64,000 nucleotides of DNA from assembly GCA_008632985.1 (NCBI GenBank), contig QPGO01000035.1, positions 545,899 through 609,898 on the forward strand. The letters are read 5' to 3'. Below are positions 60,054-64,000 of this stretch, piece after piece; position 1 is the first letter of the stretch; each line of letters starts with the position of its first letter. Origin of the DNA: Psammoneis japonica (taxonomy: Eukaryota). The position numbers and the translations under genes are program-made. The notes below the pieces were generated by a model. That model was not told the DNA's origin. It saw only the letters and a program-made list of their open reading frames with translations, and searched no databases.

Positions 60054-62057
60054 TTACCGGATGTGCATAGTCCTGCTGAGCTTGGAACTCCTTGCATGCG
60101 CATCGGAAGGGCCGCGCTTACCACAGTGCTTTCCGGGAGGAGCAAAAATGTTCCAGAATCGTAGCGTCTCGTCAGCTGCAGCAGACACCACCGTACCACC
60201 GTCTGGGCTGCAAGCCATGTGCAAGACTCGGGCAGTGTGACCGTCGAGTTCTTTCACCTTTGCCATTGACGGGTATTTCCAGAGACAGAGTTGGTTCCGA
60301 GCAAAGCCGTGTGAAGAAAGAATTTCCTTTTCGAATGGATTCCATTGGAGAGCACAGACTTGAGAACCAGTGTCAATTGAGTTCAGGAGAGACCCCGAAT
60401 TCGTATTCCAGAACTTGATGGTACGGTCAGCTGTACCGCCACCGGTAGCTAGAACGTTTCTCTCGTGCGGCGACCAAGCAAGAGCCTTCACAGCTGCTTG
60501 ATGATCAGTAAGCTCATGTCGTGGAGCGGGTCTAGAAGATGTGGCAACATCCCAGATACAGAGCTTGTTGTCATTACCTCCACTAGCGAGAGTATCACCG
60601 TCTCGGTTCCACGCGAGTCCACAAACATCTTGGGTATGACCTGCCATTGTCGCAACATTGTGTTGAGCGATGCGCACGTCGTGGTTGACAACCAGGGTGT
60701 CACGTCCACCGCTGGACAATATATGGCGGTTCCAACTCAGAGCACCAACGCGCTCAGTGTGTCCATCCATTGACCGAAGCTGTTTGCCTTGCTGAACATC
60801 CCATAGCTGAGTTGTACCGGCAGATGTTCCCACAGCCAAGTGGGCCCCGCCTTCTTGTACCCAAGACACGGACGAAACGTGTGCGTCAGCTCCACCCTCA
60901 AGAGTGAAGAGTTCTTGAATGTCTCCTGTGCCTGCATTCCATAGATATACAGTTTGACTTAGAGCAACAGCAAGAATATTTGTGTCGCTCCAGGAAAGAA
61001 GGTTGATGTAAAAGTCGTCCATCAAATCGGGTGCGTCCAGAATACGGCTTGGAGCGGAAGGGATTTGGCGGCTAACTAGCTTCGTGGAGCTACTCCTCTT
61101 ACTTGCAGCTGCATTTGCAGAGGCAGAGTAGAGTATGTTCAAATTATTGACCGTGTCACCGCGTGGTGTTGGAGCCTTTTCTTGGAAACTCAAAATGCGA
61201 TGAGAATTGGATTTCGAAACATCGTCTACTCCCAAAATGGTCGAGCTCAGTGCGGAGTTGTAATCATCCTTGTTTGCCTCAGGAACAGTACTGGCAGTCG
61301 AGACATTTTTGTCATCTCCAGCGATGCTTTCGGTACTCGATGATCGGAGTAGATGAGCAGAAATCTCCATATCCATGGCTCCCCGGTTGGGAATGAAACG
61401 GTCGCCACCGTTGTGGGAACTGAGTGCCTTGCGGTTTTCGTGGGCTCCGTCCCGCTTCATTGAAGCCTGAATTTGCTTCCTTTCCCAACGGGGACGAACA
61501 CCACTCCGGATAGAAGTGTTGGCATCAGAAAAAGAGGTACTGAGAAGGTTCTCATAGTCAACGACGGAATTGGACGTGTCGTGGAAGGACGATTTTGGTT
61601 GTTTCTTGGACGAGCTGCCGAAAACAAAACGGAAGACAAAAGCGATGTATGAGCGTGAAACGAACACGAACAACTAGAAAACCGATCCTTGCTTTGAAAT
61701 GCGTCACTAATGGCTTTCGCTGTTCAAGTTTCAAAGTAATTTTCGAAACTAGAAGAGTATAAAACTTGCTTACGACGCGTCCTTTAAGTGGAGCCTTCTT
61801 AGTTGCACGAAAGAGAGCGAGTCTTTCGTAGAAGCAGGCACATTGGCAATGACAACAATCAAATATGTTGATGAATCACAGGGATTCGCTTGAGTCGTCA
61901 AAGACGTTACTCAACATTCGTCAAAAAACGAATCAACCACGAGTCGAAAACGCTTCATATTCACTTACGAAACAAAAGAGGTGTCACGGTTCGGAGGAGC
62001 CGCAGCCAGTCGTGATGATCCAGAGGAATCCCCTGCAGAAGTAGAAGTTGCTTTCAT
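60054..62057 (-). CDS. CDC20: Cell division cycle 20 / Fizzy (APC/C activator); probable exons 61969-62057 and 60054-61614
   Basis: C-box DRFIPNR, RILDAPDLMDDFYINLLSWS, WD40 repeats, AAVKALAWSP, AADETLRFW and C-terminal IR tail. The 5' exon joins in frame via GTAAGT..CAG; the 5' structure is less certain. Confidence 0.93.
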
Positions 62058-62349
62058 GTTGCTTTTGTATGACTTGTTTCGGATTTCAAAGAGGAGTGTC
62101 GTCTTTTTGTGTTTGCGATTTGTGTTGTGCAATGCATGATCTGGGATCGCATCGGTCGATTTTTGGCGCGTGTGTGAGATTATGTGGTCTCCAGTACACT
62201 TCTCTACGCATACGAGAGACTGTACTGAAGCGGACGTAAGAAAGAGCGAACCCAAGATAAAATGTAAAATATTAAATCTTGCATAATACTTTAGAGTATC
62301 CGTTTGAAGAGTCCTAAGTAGGTTGTATGTGTGAGACATCTTCGGCAGC

Positions 62350-64000
62350 AGGCCGATGAGAATGACATCATTAGCGGGCGGCCGTGTTGTTGAGCTGTCA
62401 TCGTGCGCGCGCGCAGTGCGAACACGGTTCGGAGGATGGATGGACGACAGAGAGCGCGAAAAGAGCAGAGCAGACGCGCAAGCAGCAAACCCTAAAACGA
62501 TTCTCCCACAGCAAACAGCCTCGCATGCACACTGTGCAAAATCTTCAGCATCACAAGTTTGCTGATGATGTGCACATGGTGACCACCAACAAGGTTTTGT
62601 CAGTCCACCGACAGTGTGACACAGACTGCACATGAACGATGCCAGACCTCTCCAGGTGGCCGAGCAGATCTCTCTGAGATCTGCCTCTCATTCTCTTCTG
62701 CCAGCACTCATGTCATCACAGTCCCAGTGCTTGGGGAGTCTTTCAGACCTCCATCATCATTGACCTTCGGCATTCTGTCAGGTTGTGGCCTTGTGTTGTG
62801 CCGCTGAACTCTGCACCACGCTTTCTGTTTTGATTCATTTGTTTTGTGAGCCGATTGAGCAAGCGCCTCATCACCTGTTCCCGAAACAGTTTTTTCCTTG
62901 CTTTCCTGGCATTTTTCACAATTGTAGAAACACACCAGATTTCCACGTGTGCATGACCAAAATGCCACCACCAAGTCCAACCATGGCGTCTCCGAGCAGT
63001 GCAAACCCTCCTCCGACGTCAATTGCAGAGATCTGCTGTGAGTTCCAAGCACACAGTGCTGTGCCTCATCTCCACACATCCCTCAATGAGCTCCATGCAG
63101 ACACCAGATGTGATCTGGACCCATTTTTTGATGATTCAGAGCATGATGCTCAACTGAGGAAGGATTTTGTGGACCTGTTTCGAGATTGTCTCATCAACGA
63201 AGTGATCCCACCTTGAGCAGTTGTTCCTGCAGACATGCAATCCATCAAGATGATCCTTGATCAAGCTCAGCTTTGCATTGTGAACCCAACAAGGCCTCAA
63301 ATGAGTTGCCCAACCACTGAGAGAAAGAGGGACCACCAGTTCTGTCACCTGCTGCTGACCCACCTCTTTCTCTTGAGATGACCATGGACAGTGCAAGCTC
63401 TCTGGCATCTCCCAAGAAACCGGATGTTCATGCTCTGCCAGACAATGACCCAAGTCCACCATGTTCAGAGCAGGGGAGGGAAGAAACTGCCTCTCACAAT
63501 CCTGATCCGAAATCCTTGGAAAAGGGGAGGGAACCACCTTCTCATGGCAGTTCTGCTGCAGAATTTGATCTTCACTGACAGATTTGCTTCCAGAGGATGG
63601 TCTTGCCGCCATCAACTCTGTTGGGATCACTCCTGTCATGCCAACCATTGCCTTTGCTTCTGACATGGATCCTTTTGACTGCAAACCTGTTCAGGTGAAT
63701 GCCGCGTCATTTGCCCCCAATGAATGCTTTTGCTGACATTGCGTGCACAGGTGAGCATGAGCTTCTTCACAAGCACCAGGATTTCACACCGGAGATTCTG
63801 TGCCTGCTTGCTGTCAATCCTGTTTTAGGACCAGAAGCAATCCCTGTTGGATTCAGATGCCTCCATGTTTTGGCAGAGAACCCCAAGGCCACGTGGCGAT
63901 TCGCGCTCATTGTCATCCAAAGATTTGTTCCACCCTTGTTGATGAACGGTTGTTGCTTTGCACCAATGGCAAGCAATGAAAGGACTGCACCGTTGATTGT
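62350..64000. other. Start of another TpA-depleted TE/pseudogene block (runs off the window)
   Basis: TA almost absent from ~62380 onward, CpG retained only in the first few hundred bp, and fragmented Tyr-free ORFs. Confidence 0.65.

Overview
This is a eukaryotic window, most likely from a pennate diatom; that is an inference from the short GT-AG introns, gene content and Ambal-/DIRS-like retroelements. Intact genes sit in islands of ordinary composition: a 3-exon coiled-coil family (two intact copies, one dead), an XRCC3-like RAD51 paralog, an ankyrin/TRP-like channel, 6-phosphogluconolactonase, SAM decarboxylase, a secreted Ser/Lys-rich beta-helix protein, a PP2C-like protein and CDC20. The islands alternate with seven blocks of transposons and pseudogenes (roughly 37 kb by hand estimate) that have lost almost all TpA dinucleotides. 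Hand alignments of copies inside the window show systematic TpA->TpG / TpA->CpA changes (A:T->G:C on both strands). The direction is fixed by destroyed splice sites, Tyr->Cys/His at conserved motifs and an outgroup MITE. This is the reverse of fungal RIP. It runs ahead of CpG decay, spares the intact parent genes and is confined to domains. It is the main candidate for an undescribed repeat-targeted hypermutation (genome-defence) system. A full-length ~10.4 kb LINE with a 19-bp TSD and four nested insertions, plus a MITE family with 4-bp TSDs, give internal time points. All counts are by hand; no database searches were possible.
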